Of a stretch of 64,000 nt of DNA, positions 53,692-63,794 are shown one piece after another. This DNA comes from a virus. Under the pieces are notes generated by a model. That model made no database searches, was not told the DNA's origin, and saw nothing but the letters and a program-made list of their open reading frames with translations. Position 1 is the stretch's first letter. Each line of letters starts with the position of its first letter. Made by a program: the position numbers and the translations under genes. Where the stretch lies: IMG/VR virus record IMGVR_UViG_3300027659_000010; one strand, 5' to 3'.

Positions 53692-54030
53692 ATGGACGTG
53701 GTATCGCTGATTAACAAATACGGGTTTCCTATCGTGGCCGCCGGTGGTATGGGCTACATGATTTTCTATGTATGGACTTGGGCCACCAAAGAAGTCAAAC
53801 CCGTTCTAAACGAAGCCAACACAGTGCTGATAGCACTGATTGACAGAATACGCATGTTAGACAACGATTTGATCAGATTGAATCAAAAGGTCAATACAGT
53901 TCTACATCTGCGTGGTAAGATCATCGAATCAGAGCGTGTGATAGAGCAACAGAAAACTGAAGAAGAAGCCAATGCCAAGTTCAAAGATGCATTAGTCGGC
54001 TCTGATAAATCTGAGGAGCCAAAGAAGTAA
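53692..54030 (+). CDS. small membrane/coiled-coil protein
   Basis: GFPIVAAGGMGY transmembrane segment; LIDRIRMLDNDLIRL. Confidence 0.7.
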   Translation: MDVVSLINKYGFPIVAAGGMGYMIFYVWTWATKEVKPVLNEANTVLIALIDRIRMLDNDLIRLNQKVNTVLHLRGKIIESERVIEQQKTEEEANAKFKDALVGSDKSEEPKK

Positions 54031-54034
54031 CAAT

Positions 54035-56086
54035 CTATTTGCTGGTAGCTATAAAAACACCATTCCAATCTGCAGGTAATTTCTGTGTCAATTGGAACTC
54101 ACATCGCTCTATCCACATATCATAATAGCCAGTTAATCTACCGTCGAATTGATCTCTCAGCTGTTTGCACATGCTAATCGCTGTGCTGAAATTCTGTGAT
54201 CTGTATGCACCATGCATGGCATTGTGTATTTTCTTAGACACGTGATAGTCAGCAGCGACATCGTCCAACACTGTGTAAATAGCTACCCCTACTGTCTTGC
54301 CCTTGACTGCTAGGTCATCTACTTTTAGGAAGAAGAAATCATCACCACACTGTTCTACTGTGGCACCGCCGACTAATAGCACACACCCGTATTCTTTGCA
54401 TTTGCTTTCAATACGTGCGGCTGTGGAAACTGCATCACCTAAGACATCATACGAATGGCGTCGAGTTGATCCCATCTCTCCTATATAACCTAGACCAGTA
54501 TTGATACCTGCGCCCATTTTGACTCCTGGACGTCCTGTGGCTTCTAACTTGATGCTGAATTCTTTTACAGCCTTCAACATCTTGAGTCCAGTGGCCACTG
54601 CGGTCTTGGCGTGGTGAGGATCATCTATAGGTGCGTTATGGATGTGCATGCTGGCATCACCAATATATTTGATGATCATACCATCAGCATCTAACACAGG
54701 CTGAGTGATGGCATCCATGTAACCATTCATCACTGCTGTTAGTCCTTTGACATCATCTCCAAAACTTTCACCGAGAGGGGTAAAGCCACGTAGGTCGGAA
54801 AACACTATAGATACTTCACGCTTGGTTCCGTTCTTGATAATGTCTGGATTTTCCTGCAAGAGTTTGACCACTGTGGGACTGGCATATCCCTCAAACTGTT
54901 TCTTAATGGCCTGCTTCTGTAAGAACTCGCTTACAAACTTGACACCATAGGCATGCAAAGCGACCAAGACTGTGCCAACAAGAATGGCAGTAGCATCAAA
55001 TAAGAATAGAAAATTAGAGAAAGCGTAGTGACTGCCAAAGACCACGCCAATACATATAATGATAACACTCGCAAGTCCCGCATATACCCACCTCGTTAAA
55101 AACAATAATAATAATCCCGCAGCTAGAATTGCAATAATTTCTACGCCGTCTGCATAGTCGGGTCTTTCTATAACCACTCCATTTGCCATAGTGGCAATCA
55201 CACTGGCCTGTACATCATGCGGGAACACTGCGCCTATGCTGGTTGGCAAGGGATTACTGATTCCTGCGGCTGTCGGACCTACTATAACGACAGCTCCTCC
55301 AAAGTCTTTAGGCAAGTTAGTTATACTCACTGATTTATTCTGCTGACTCCAGTCAATCCATATACGTCCTAATGGATCTGTGCTGATAGGACCAAACTTT
55401 GGAATACGCATTTTCTCAACACCGTATTCGTTTAGTTTGATCTGGAAGGTAGAATCGCCTGCAGCAGCACGTAGAGTTTCTAAACTTAGACTGGGATACA
55501 AATTATCGTTGACACTGACCACTAATGGTATGCGCCGATTCACTCCATCAACTTCTGGCAGGGTTGAAACAATACCTATGCCCGCTGCGCTGTTTTCTAA
55601 TTTCGATATATTGGCAATTAATCCAGGATACTGCACAATTTGATCCTGCCACTCAGGTCCTATAACTGCACTACCCGGCTTGCGTGGCGTGTTTTTGGTT
55701 TTTCCACTAGGCACTGACCCTAGTATCACAGGATACTTTTTTAGAGCATTTGCGAGAACATCACCACCACCAGTACGATCAGGCTCAGCCATGATAATGT
55801 TAAGCACAACAAGGCCAGCGCCGCGATCATAGAGATCTTTAATAATTTTCGCATACTCTTCTCTCGGTAATGGCCATTGCCCATATTTGTCCAAAGCACT
55901 TTCATCTATGTTGACCGTATAGATGTTGTTGTCTGTGATTTCTTTGGCAGTGATCAGTGTATCAAAGTAGCGTAGTCTTATGCTCTCTACAAAGACAGGA
56001 TCAGCGATTCTTATACTTATAATAAGTGCCAATGTCAGCAGTGCTGTCCACGGATTAGTAAGGATTTTTTTTAGTTGATTTCTCAT
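54035..56086 (-). CDS. CHASE2-domain class III adenylate/guanylate cyclase
   Basis: IDE...GQWP CHASE2 region, three TM helices, FSDLRGFT, KYIGDA, GINTG, YDVLGDAV..AARIE. Confidence 0.92.
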   Translation of the reverse strand: MRNQLKKILTNPWTALLTLALIISIRIADPVFVESIRLRYFDTLITAKEITDNNIYTVNIDESALDKYGQWPLPREEYAKIIKDLYDRGAGLVVLNIIMAEPDRTGGGDVLANALKKYPVILGSVPSGKTKNTPRKPGSAVIGPEWQDQIVQYPGLIANISKLENSAAGIGIVSTLPEVDGVNRRIPLVVSVNDNLYPSLSLETLRAAAGDSTFQIKLNEYGVEKMRIPKFGPISTDPLGRIWIDWSQQNKSVSITNLPKDFGGAVVIVGPTAAGISNPLPTSIGAVFPHDVQASVIATMANGVVIERPDYADGVEIIAILAAGLLLLFLTRWVYAGLASVIIICIGVVFGSHYAFSNFLFLFDATAILVGTVLVALHAYGVKFVSEFLQKQAIKKQFEGYASPTVVKLLQENPDIIKNGTKREVSIVFSDLRGFTPLGESFGDDVKGLTAVMNGYMDAITQPVLDADGMIIKYIGDASMHIHNAPIDDPHHAKTAVATGLKMLKAVKEFSIKLEATGRPGVKMGAGINTGLGYIGEMGSTRRHSYDVLGDAVSTAARIESKCKEYGCVLLVGGATVEQCGDDFFFLKVDDLAVKGKTVGVAIYTVLDDVAADYHVSKKIHNAMHGAYRSQNFSTAISMCKQLRDQFDGRLTGYYDMWIERCEFQLTQKLPADWNGVFIATSK

Positions 56087-56227
56087 GACTGTATTTATTT
56101 GCGGGTTTTGTTCTAGCTTTGGCAAATATTCTATTGGTCAGTTGTCCGTGGTTTTTCTTATCTTCTTCTAGTTGGCGGTGTAAATGTCTTTTGAAATCGT
56201 CGTCAGTCATTGTGTTCCTTGGTTAGT

Positions 56228-56521
56228 TTATATAGGTGTACCTAGTGTAATTTTAGATTCCTCGCCCGTTCCAAGTATACATGAAACTTCTGATGTCATC
56301 TTTAATAATGTCCATGTTCCTTCTTTTTCATTGACCCACAGACTATAAACACTGTTGTCACTGGTGTGTTTTCCACTCCAAGTCAGCGTTTCTTTCCAGT
56401 TGTCTCCTAGACTTTGTATGATCTTTGCAGTGCGGTCGCACAACAATGGATAATCGTATTGAAATTGGGCGTTAACTAGGCTGGATGAGCAGACGAGGAA
56501 CGCCAGTAGCAGTGAACGCAT
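56228..56521 (-). CDS. small secreted protein
   Basis: Signal peptide MRSLLLAFLVCSSSLVNA; AAGGAG RBS; two Cys in the mature region. Confidence 0.65.
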   Translation of the reverse strand: MRSLLLAFLVCSSSLVNAQFQYDYPLLCDRTAKIIQSLGDNWKETLTWSGKHTSDNSVYSLWVNEKEGTWTLLKMTSEVSCILGTGEESKITLGTPI

Positions 56522-56565
56522 TACCGGCTCCTTAAACATATATTTACCAGAATATATTTGAAATT

Positions 56566-56901
56566 TCAAGGTGAAAATTCAGAACTCATTATGTATACAG
56601 TTACACCAACACGCTGCCTTTCGTTAAAGATATCTCGCCAAGCAGGCATTTTGCGAAATCCATTGGTCACTCGATCGTAGACAAAGTCAGGTTGGTAACT
56701 GGAAGATTTGAGTTTGGGCGCCTTGCCGGGATACGCACTGTTGCCGTGGCAATGTCGACACTGACTGTCCCATACCTGCTGACCTAACGCAATTAACGAA
56801 GTATCCTTCATTACAGTATCTGTGAATGCTGGTACTGATTCCTGGGCGTCGGCTATAGAGCTAATTAGGCAGAATAGGAACGCCAATGCTAATATACGCA
56901 T
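56566..56901 (-). CDS. monoheme c-type cytochrome
   Basis: Signal peptide, CRHCH, distal Met in MPAW. Confidence 0.88.
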   Translation of the reverse strand: MRILALAFLFCLISSIADAQESVPAFTDTVMKDTSLIALGQQVWDSQCRHCHGNSAYPGKAPKLKSSSYQPDFVYDRVTNGFRKMPAWRDIFNERQRVGVTVYIMSSEFSP

Positions 56902-56928
56902 GGCTTACTCCTTAAAACTATATTTAAT

Positions 56929-56953
56929 AAAAAAGTCCGCCGCAGCGGACTTT
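56929..56953 (-). terminator. intrinsic terminator
   Basis: AAAGTCCGC/GCGGACTTT hairpin with U tract. Confidence 0.75.
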
Positions 56954-56981
56954 GTAGGTGGGCTATGCCCTATTGTTATTA

Positions 56982-59030
56982 TTAGAATCTAATTATGCCG
57001 TTAAGTGAAATTGTGTTAGTATTGATATTATTACCTTGTTGTGTCGCTGCTGTTAACGCAATAGTGCCGATTTTTGTTGGAGAATACGCAACTGTGGCTG
57101 AACCTGTGGTTACGGAATCTGTTGTTGTGCCGACGTCACCGATTAAACGAAACTTGTTGATGGCTTTTTCATAACGTACACCGGCTTCACCGTATGTGTA
57201 GTTGTCTACGATTTTAGCCACAGTTCTAGCACTCTGAATATCACCTGCTTCTGTGTAGCCGCCTATAGTTGAACGTCCAACAGTTACACCGGCGTATGGA
57301 CGTAATCCATTGGTCTCTGGAGCATAGATCCTGTTGTTCAACCAAACATTTTCGCCGTTGGTACTATGACTGTTATTAAAAACATTTTCTATGGTGCGAT
57401 TGCCTTTGACTGCATTATTAGAGTAACCTAAGTTGTTGACAATCTTAACATCATTTTCTGCTGTATACACAGAGAACATACCAACGTGATTTTTGTCTTG
57501 TGCTGTTTTAGAATCTGTGCCGTCCATGGTAGTATTCACACGATTGTATTGAGCACCTAATCTCCAGTTTGGGTTGATTTCTTTTTCGACACCTAGGCCA
57601 TAGATTTGACTCTTAGCGTTGTAACCATTATCTATGTTTGATCTCGCACCACTGGCATTCACATATACCGTGACTTTTTTATCTTGATCTGTGTAACCGT
57701 CTTGACGGAAAGCATCCATGTTTAGGCCACGATCTAATTGTTGATTCAAATTAGATAGATACGACATTTGGTCGACACGACCGCTGAATGAATCATTGGC
57801 TACAGTAGTGGTCACATCGTTGATCAGCGTATCGCTAGTTGTAGTGGCGCTGTCGGATGTTGTAGTCGTACCATCACTCCATGTATTGGTGGTTCTAACC
57901 AGCGTGACAACAGAACGTGTATATGGCGTGGTCACATTGGTTGTGGTCTCGCGAGCAATAGTCTGCTTACCACTGGCTTCGCTGGCGTCGTGGTGAGCAA
58001 GGCTAGCAGTGATGACTGGAAGGCTTGTGTTCACCACAGTGGTATCACTCACAGTAATGGTCGCAGTTGATGTACCAGTGATAGTTGGAGTCGTGGTAGT
58101 ACCTGATCCCGCATCAGTGGCACTGCCAACGTCTACCAGTGTACCAAAACTACTTGTACCTGCTGTGCCGCCGCCAGCCCCACCTGTTATAGCATAGTTG
58201 GCCGCAGTAAACGCACTTGGTCCAAAGATGTAAGCATAGTTGTATGTTAGGATATCGCCTACTGCAACATTGGCTGCATAGAATGCAATACCTATAGTGT
58301 CATCACCGTTGCTAACATCAGCACGACCGTTTGTATTTAGGTAGTAGTTCTTTGGATCACTTGTCCAACCTTGTATACTTGTATTAACAGTTCCAACTTG
58401 TGCTGAGTATAAACCAAGAGCATAACGACTCACAGTTGCTTCTGAGAATACAACGTTGGTCTTTGGAATAATACCGTAGCCACGAACGTTGTCAGTTGCT
58501 GAACTGTCGCCAGGTGCTGCCACAGCATCTGGATCAATGTAACGACCAAAGTACAAATGCGGCATTGCGGCGGTAGCCTCAATACGTGTGGTGATGTCTA
58601 AATAACGCTGTGCTGATGGCAAACTGTAGGTATGTCTAATACCGAATTCTGTTGCGGTACCTGCCCATATCGCAGATGCCGCAGTAGGTGTGCCAACCCA
58701 TGCTCCAGTTACAGGAATGTTACCGTCCATTTGGAATCCAGCATTGTTGTTACCGTATAACTTGAACTTCGTTCCGTCTGCGTTATCTATACGAACAGCC
58801 CAACCCTCATAGGGCGAACCTGGTGTTAGATAATCGTATGCAGAGTTAAATGTTCCAGTACCAGTGTTATCGTACTGTAGTCCTGGATTGGTGTTTCCTC
58901 CACTTCCCAGCGTACCTGTGGACTCATTCACTCCTGCTTTTATAAATTCATTTACTAATATTTCATTTCCTGCCAATGCCGACGCTGATAGCATAGCGGC
59001 AACTATTGTTGCAATTAATTGTTTTTTCAT
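56982..59030 (-). CDS. autotransporter-like outer-membrane protein
   Basis: Signal peptide, beta-rich passenger, Thr-rich linker, C-terminal beta-barrel ending in F. Confidence 0.75.
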   Translation of the reverse strand: MKKQLIATIVAAMLSASALAGNEILVNEFIKAGVNESTGTLGSGGNTNPGLQYDNTGTGTFNSAYDYLTPGSPYEGWAVRIDNADGTKFKLYGNNNAGFQMDGNIPVTGAWVGTPTAASAIWAGTATEFGIRHTYSLPSAQRYLDITTRIEATAAMPHLYFGRYIDPDAVAAPGDSSATDNVRGYGIIPKTNVVFSEATVSRYALGLYSAQVGTVNTSIQGWTSDPKNYYLNTNGRADVSNGDDTIGIAFYAANVAVGDILTYNYAYIFGPSAFTAANYAITGGAGGGTAGTSSFGTLVDVGSATDAGSGTTTTPTITGTSTATITVSDTTVVNTSLPVITASLAHHDASEASGKQTIARETTTNVTTPYTRSVVTLVRTTNTWSDGTTTTSDSATTTSDTLINDVTTTVANDSFSGRVDQMSYLSNLNQQLDRGLNMDAFRQDGYTDQDKKVTVYVNASGARSNIDNGYNAKSQIYGLGVEKEINPNWRLGAQYNRVNTTMDGTDSKTAQDKNHVGMFSVYTAENDVKIVNNLGYSNNAVKGNRTIENVFNNSHSTNGENVWLNNRIYAPETNGLRPYAGVTVGRSTIGGYTEAGDIQSARTVAKIVDNYTYGEAGVRYEKAINKFRLIGDVGTTTDSVTTGSATVAYSPTKIGTIALTAATQQGNNINTNTISLNGIIRF

Positions 59031-59110
59031 TTTCGCTCCCCAACTTTATTATTGTTATAGGTGTTGGATATAATTATTTACAGCGGTATCACTGAAATAA
59101 AAATGCTGAG

Positions 59111-60214
59111 TTAATTCTGTGTAACGATTATTGTGCTGGTACTTCCTTTATTGACATTTTGTATTATGGTCTGGCCGTCTTGTATCAGAGTAAAGGTAAC
59201 ATTCTTTGTGGTATCAAATGTGGCAGTGGCGTTGTGTGTTCCAGCTTTGTACAATGTGACTTTGCTTTGATCGTCATTGAAATAATATAACAGGCCCAAT
59301 GACTTGTTAGATGCATACCCCGGCAACACTGGTATGTCTAGTTCATCGTTGAGCAATGATGCGTTCTGTCTGTCTAATTCGTTCAATGCGTTGTAGGCCA
59401 ATAGGTCAGTGTTAAGGTCGTTTCGATCCAAGGCCTTGTTGTCATCTAATTTGTTTTCTTCTAGTGCATTATATTTTAACAGGTCTATATCTAGTAAATT
59501 GAAATCTAATAATCCTTTTTCTTTCTTGTTTATTCCTGCTCGAACATCTTCTTGTATTTCTTGTGGTTTACTTATGATCAGCATGTTGTTGATATTAGCC
59601 TGATCAATTTTAATTACCACAGGGTCGCTAGGACGTTGATAGGCGCTGTTTACCAGCGTGGCCTGGAACGGCACATCTAACACCACTACCCCTGCTAGGC
59701 TACTGACTTCGATTACTCCAGTAACACAACCTCCTCGGGCATCACAACTGGGCAGCAGCATGACCAAGCTGCGCCCTAGTTCATCTACGGTCATAGAAAA
59801 GTCTGTACCTCGAACAGCGATGGTAGCCGTAGGAGTTTTAATTGCCACCTGCTGAGGATTATTTTTGGCGATTTGTCCACTGGCATACCTAGCTGTGCCC
59901 AAGGCCATGTTGATGGCCAATTTGCCAGAACCTTTCTTGGGATCGTAGACAAAATCATCTATGATCATTTTTGAATGCTCTGTGAGTTTTACTTTGGTCG
60001 CGTCCTCAAAGGTCAGCTCTGCCCGGGCCTTGGCTGTGCTGACCGCATCATTCATTTTCACGGCCGTGTTAAGGCTAGAAGATATGCTCTTCTTGTCTCT
60101 TATTATCTCAGTCGGTCCGGTCTGTTCAGTAACTTTACCAACAGTAGCCCAACTGTTAATCGGACTGAGTAACGATAACGTTGTTATTAGAACCGTTGCT
60201 GGTAATAACCGCAT
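59111..60214 (-). CDS. FecR-domain exported protein
   Basis: D.VSTAKARAELTFEDAT...IKTPTATIAVRGTDF. Confidence 0.85.
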   Translation of the reverse strand: MRLLPATVLITTLSLLSPINSWATVGKVTEQTGPTEIIRDKKSISSSLNTAVKMNDAVSTAKARAELTFEDATKVKLTEHSKMIIDDFVYDPKKGSGKLAINMALGTARYASGQIAKNNPQQVAIKTPTATIAVRGTDFSMTVDELGRSLVMLLPSCDARGGCVTGVIEVSSLAGVVVLDVPFQATLVNSAYQRPSDPVVIKIDQANINNMLIISKPQEIQEDVRAGINKKEKGLLDFNLLDIDLLKYNALEENKLDDNKALDRNDLNTDLLAYNALNELDRQNASLLNDELDIPVLPGYASNKSLGLLYYFNDDQSKVTLYKAGTHNATATFDTTKNVTFTLIQDGQTIIQNVNKGSTSTIIVTQN

Positions 60215-60827
60215 TTTTAGTCATCGCTCCACTTTGTGTTAGTGTCACTGCATTAGCAATACTGATAGTACCGCTGCCAGTAACAGTGATCTCACCGTTG
60301 TGTGACCCTGCGCCACTTGCAGTATGCGTCACATTGTTGTAATTACCGGTGATAGCAATCTTACTCTGTACCACACCGCCACTGAGGGTTTGAACTGTAT
60401 TGTTATTGTTACCGATAATTTCCGATCTAATAATGCTTGCATTACATGTCGAACTCAATGCTGTGCCGCAACCAACAGTTTGATTGTTGTTGCTGCCGTC
60501 TGCGGATATCACTACTGTTGAACCAGTGCCGTTAGATTCGTTGTTGATTATCATCTTTACGGTGTTACTGGCACCAATTTGATTTATGGTTACATCATTG
60601 AGGTCACCCCTAATTATAGCGGCGTCGTCTGTATTACCTGTACCATCAACATTACCGTTCACTAGATTACCAGCACCTGTTTGGGTGATAGAAACCGTTG
60701 AATTGTCACCAATTTGTTCAACATAAACATCGTTGGCCCACGCTCCCGATGACAGCGTTCCAGCCATCATTAGACTTGCAAGTAATTTTCTCGACAACCC
60801 GCCACCGCCTGTGATTCTTTTTTTCAT
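60156..60827 (-). CDS. curlin-like repeat protein
   Basis: Signal peptide and repeated Q-x-G-x-x-N units (VEQIGDNS, ITQTGAGN, INQIGASN). Confidence 0.7.
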   Translation of the reverse strand: MKKRITGGGGLSRKLLASLMMAGTLSSGAWANDVYVEQIGDNSTVSITQTGAGNLVNGNVDGTGNTDDAAIIRGDLNDVTINQIGASNTVKMIINNESNGTGSTVVISADGSNNNQTVGCGTALSSTCNASIIRSEIIGNNNNTVQTLSGGVVQSKIAITGNYNNVTHTASGAGSHNGEITVTGSGTISIANAVTLTQSGAMTKNAVITSNGSNNNVIVTQSD

Positions 60828-60909
60828 TATATTCGCTCCAGATGCAAGTTAAGGTTTATAATGCATCCATATTTTTAGTGTTGTTAAATTGTCTCCAATG
60901 CTTGACTCA

Positions 60910-62157
60910 TTATGGTTTGTGTTCTGAAAGCACGTCAGTTCGCACATACCCTTTACGCTTCTCCGCGTCCGTTACATAATGCCATCCCTCCGGTCCTGGA
61001 GAAATGATATTAAATTCTGTTCCTTTTTTCAACTGCCAAGTACGTTGGCTTTTTTCATCGGGTTCTTTATACACAAACGAATCTTGTTTTAGATATCTAG
61101 GACTCCATAATGGTGTACTAGTTTTACCACTATCTGGTTGGGTAATCACACCCGTTGGTTGATCTACTTTTTCCTCAACATCTGCTTTTTTCTCTATTAC
61201 TGGAATCTGCGGAGGTTGTACAGGAACTACTCTTGAGATTTTTTCAATCGCAGTCTCAACTTTTTGTTCTGGATCTTTATTTTCTTGTTTCACAGGCTCA
61301 ACAGTAATAGGTGGTTGCGGAGAGATCGGGGCCTGTGGCACAACTGCTTGATCTTTTTTCTCTTCTATGACCGCAGGTTTTTCTACCTTGTATCTCCATA
61401 GACCTTTCTTTTCACCTTCCACGATCATGTCATAGACCGCCTGTTCAATGGCCACACGCACTGCATAGGTAGTAGGTTCATTCAAGGCCTGACCATTTTC
61501 TAATTCTAATGCTTTGGTTCCTGCATCTACAAACCGTAGAACACCTACGTTATGCTGTGTACTGTAGATGGTTTTGCTCACAGCGTTGGTCAATAATACT
61601 TCTCCACTGTTCACACTGATCAATCTTAGGCTGATAACAATTTCGTCTACGCGATACTGTTGACTGCCTCCAATGCCTAGAAACCTAGCACCATTACCGC
61701 CACTGCGTATATTACTGTCGTAGCCGATGATGCCACCTTCTATCATCACCCCAGCCACCGTCATTGGTTTCAAGGCCTTGGCATCTTTGCCTTCGTAGAC
61801 TTCTCGTTGGTTGCGAATCAATTGACGTTCTTTGATAAGGTTGTCTAGGCCCACACGCTCTACTACTTTAAACCAATTCTTTGAGTCTTGAAGTGATTTG
61901 ATTAGGAACACTTCGGCACCCTGCGTCACGGCTTTTGAAAACACAGCCAATCTATCATTGGGCTTCATTTGGCCGGTCTTGTCTTGAAAGCCATAAACAG
62001 CAATAGCGATAGGTGGTCCATCCAACGATGGAATCTTTATGGTCAGATTTTCTCGGGGTTTCAGCGCCACAGGTTCTTCCTTGGCGGTGTCCATGTGTAT
62101 GGTAGCACAGCCTGATAATGTGCTGACCATCAAGAATGATAACATCAGTCGTTTCAT
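60910..62157 (-). CDS. csgG: CsgG-family secretion lipoprotein with Pro-rich linker and C-terminal SH3-like domain
   Basis: Lipobox LSGC; AVYGFQDKTGQ.KP; FS.AVTQG; WFKVVERVGLDNLIKERQLIR; SGG.GARFLGIG. Confidence 0.9.
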   Translation of the reverse strand: MKRLMLSFLMVSTLSGCATIHMDTAKEEPVALKPRENLTIKIPSLDGPPIAIAVYGFQDKTGQMKPNDRLAVFSKAVTQGAEVFLIKSLQDSKNWFKVVERVGLDNLIKERQLIRNQREVYEGKDAKALKPMTVAGVMIEGGIIGYDSNIRSGGNGARFLGIGGSQQYRVDEIVISLRLISVNSGEVLLTNAVSKTIYSTQHNVGVLRFVDAGTKALELENGQALNEPTTYAVRVAIEQAVYDMIVEGEKKGLWRYKVEKPAVIEEKKDQAVVPQAPISPQPPITVEPVKQENKDPEQKVETAIEKISRVVPVQPPQIPVIEKKADVEEKVDQPTGVITQPDSGKTSTPLWSPRYLKQDSFVYKEPDEKSQRTWQLKKGTEFNIISPGPEGWHYVTDAEKRKGYVRTDVLSEHKP

Positions 62158-62603
62158 TAGAATGCAAAGCTCGCTATAGGTACAGTGATTTCAGTGCGGC
62201 TGCCATTGGCTTCGATAATGGTCAGTGTAACATCTGTTCCTGTTTTGACCCAACTTATATTCGTGCCTTGGAAATCCATTGTGCCACTAGTGGCACCACT
62301 GTCAGTGAACATCTGATCAGCTAGTTGTTTGGATAGTTGTGCGTAGATACGTGCTTCTACGTTCACTAGGAATTTTGATAAATTAGTCTGCTTGGCGGCA
62401 GTTTCTGCTTTGAGTAATGCCGCTGATTCCTCAGCTTTTATTTCTTTCTTACGATTTTCTTCTAGTTGATAGATACTTAGTACGTGTGAACTATATCCAT
62501 TGCCTGGAATAAAGGCTGGACTTTGGAATTGATGCACTAACTCAGCCTGTACGTGAGCACATGCAAAGATCAGTGCTGCTGACACTATGGCTTTCCTACA
62601 CAT
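62157..62603 (-). CDS. csgF: CsgF-like curli assembly protein
   Basis: Signal peptide then ELVHQFQSPAF.PGNG; C-terminal TEITVP; directly upstream of csgG. Confidence 0.75.
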   Translation of the reverse strand: MCRKAIVSAALIFACAHVQAELVHQFQSPAFIPGNGYSSHVLSIYQLEENRKKEIKAEESAALLKAETAAKQTNLSKFLVNVEARIYAQLSKQLADQMFTDSGATSGTMDFQGTNISWVKTGTDVTLTIIEANGSRTEITVPIASFAF

Positions 62604-62691
62604 GGTTCGCTCCCGGTAGTTGCTGTTAGTATTTACGTGGGGGGAGGCGGGAATTAAGTGGCGAGTTTAATCTAGATTGAAGGATAATTGA

Positions 62692-63786
62692 TTATGGTAC
62701 CTTGACCTGCATACCATTTTGAGCACCACCATTAAGTCCTATTTTTTGTATGATCATCGATTGTGCAAATTGTTCAGCAGTTTCGATATAGATAGTGGTT
62801 CCAGAACCTGTATTTATGAACAGTATGCCCTTGAATTCGTCATGTGATTTGTAGTAATCAAATGCATACTTTTTTTGTGCAGCAATAAATGAATCGAATA
62901 AAACCATACCTTTATTATTTACAGGTGCTACTAGCTGTTGAAGCTCTGCAGGAGTAGCATCAAGATAGATTGAATTAATAATGCCGCTTAGAGAAGTTCT
63001 AATAAATTTTACTACCCCGGCGGCCGGTGCGCCTGCAGCGATTAGTGATGGGCCGAAATTGGTCCAAAAATCTGAAGTTTTGCCAACGTTTACATTCGAT
63101 GGTGCAGTTATCGCTGTTTTTAATTTGAGTTTCTTGGGAAGTGCTGCGGCCGCAGTTTTTACCGCGGTTAGAGTAGAGGAACTGTTTCCATATCCTCTGA
63201 CTCCTTTTATCCTTCCGCCATTGCCTTTCACCTCGATTAATTTTCCATTTATTACTAAATCACCTGCATCTTTGCTTAACATAATATTAGGACTACAGAT
63301 AGCCAAAAACATTTCGCCTGGACCCTTTTGTGTTTTTGTTTTACCTGTTTTAAATAGTCCTTGAATGGCAATCAGCTCTGGAGCAACTTGTTGATACACA
63401 TTAGGAAATTGTGTTTGAATTATAGATTCAAGATTTAGTGAAACACCCGGGGATAACAATTTTTTAATATTGATAATTCCTTTTGTTGCCAGTTCCATAG
63501 CAAACCCTTCTTTTTCTTCGTAGGGTGCTTTGGCATCGATTATCGCTCTGGATACAACCGTATGAACTTGTCGCAGATCTTCATCTTTTTGTAGAATAGT
63601 ATCTACACCACCACCAATATCTATTTTACGGACATAAGAATAAATCTGATGCAGTTCGTCTATATCGGTTACTGTATCAATTTTAGTAATAATTGCTTGT
63701 TTGACATTTGACAATGCACTAGGATCTCCAGAATTACTAGCCGCATTAGCACTGATTTTTTCTGATATAAATTCATATTTTCTCAT
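62692..63786 (-). CDS. hypothetical protein with PD-(D/E)XK nuclease-like motif
   Basis: GPGE...AGDLVINGKLIEVKG; start reassigned to MRKYEF after TAAATA. Confidence 0.55.
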   Translation of the reverse strand: MRKYEFISEKISANAASNSGDPSALSNVKQAIITKIDTVTDIDELHQIYSYVRKIDIGGGVDTILQKDEDLRQVHTVVSRAIIDAKAPYEEKEGFAMELATKGIINIKKLLSPGVSLNLESIIQTQFPNVYQQVAPELIAIQGLFKTGKTKTQKGPGEMFLAICSPNIMLSKDAGDLVINGKLIEVKGNGGRIKGVRGYGNSSSTLTAVKTAAAALPKKLKLKTAITAPSNVNVGKTSDFWTNFGPSLIAAGAPAAGVVKFIRTSLSGIINSIYLDATPAELQQLVAPVNNKGMVLFDSFIAAQKKYAFDYYKSHDEFKGILFINTGSGTTIYIETAEQFAQSMIIQKIGLNGGAQNGMQVKVP

Positions 63787-63794
63787 ACGATTAT

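Noticed and set aside
52885-54030. Holin call for the GFPI membrane-protein pair
   Set aside because: Single TM plus coiled coil is compatible, but no endolysin or spanin is adjacent.
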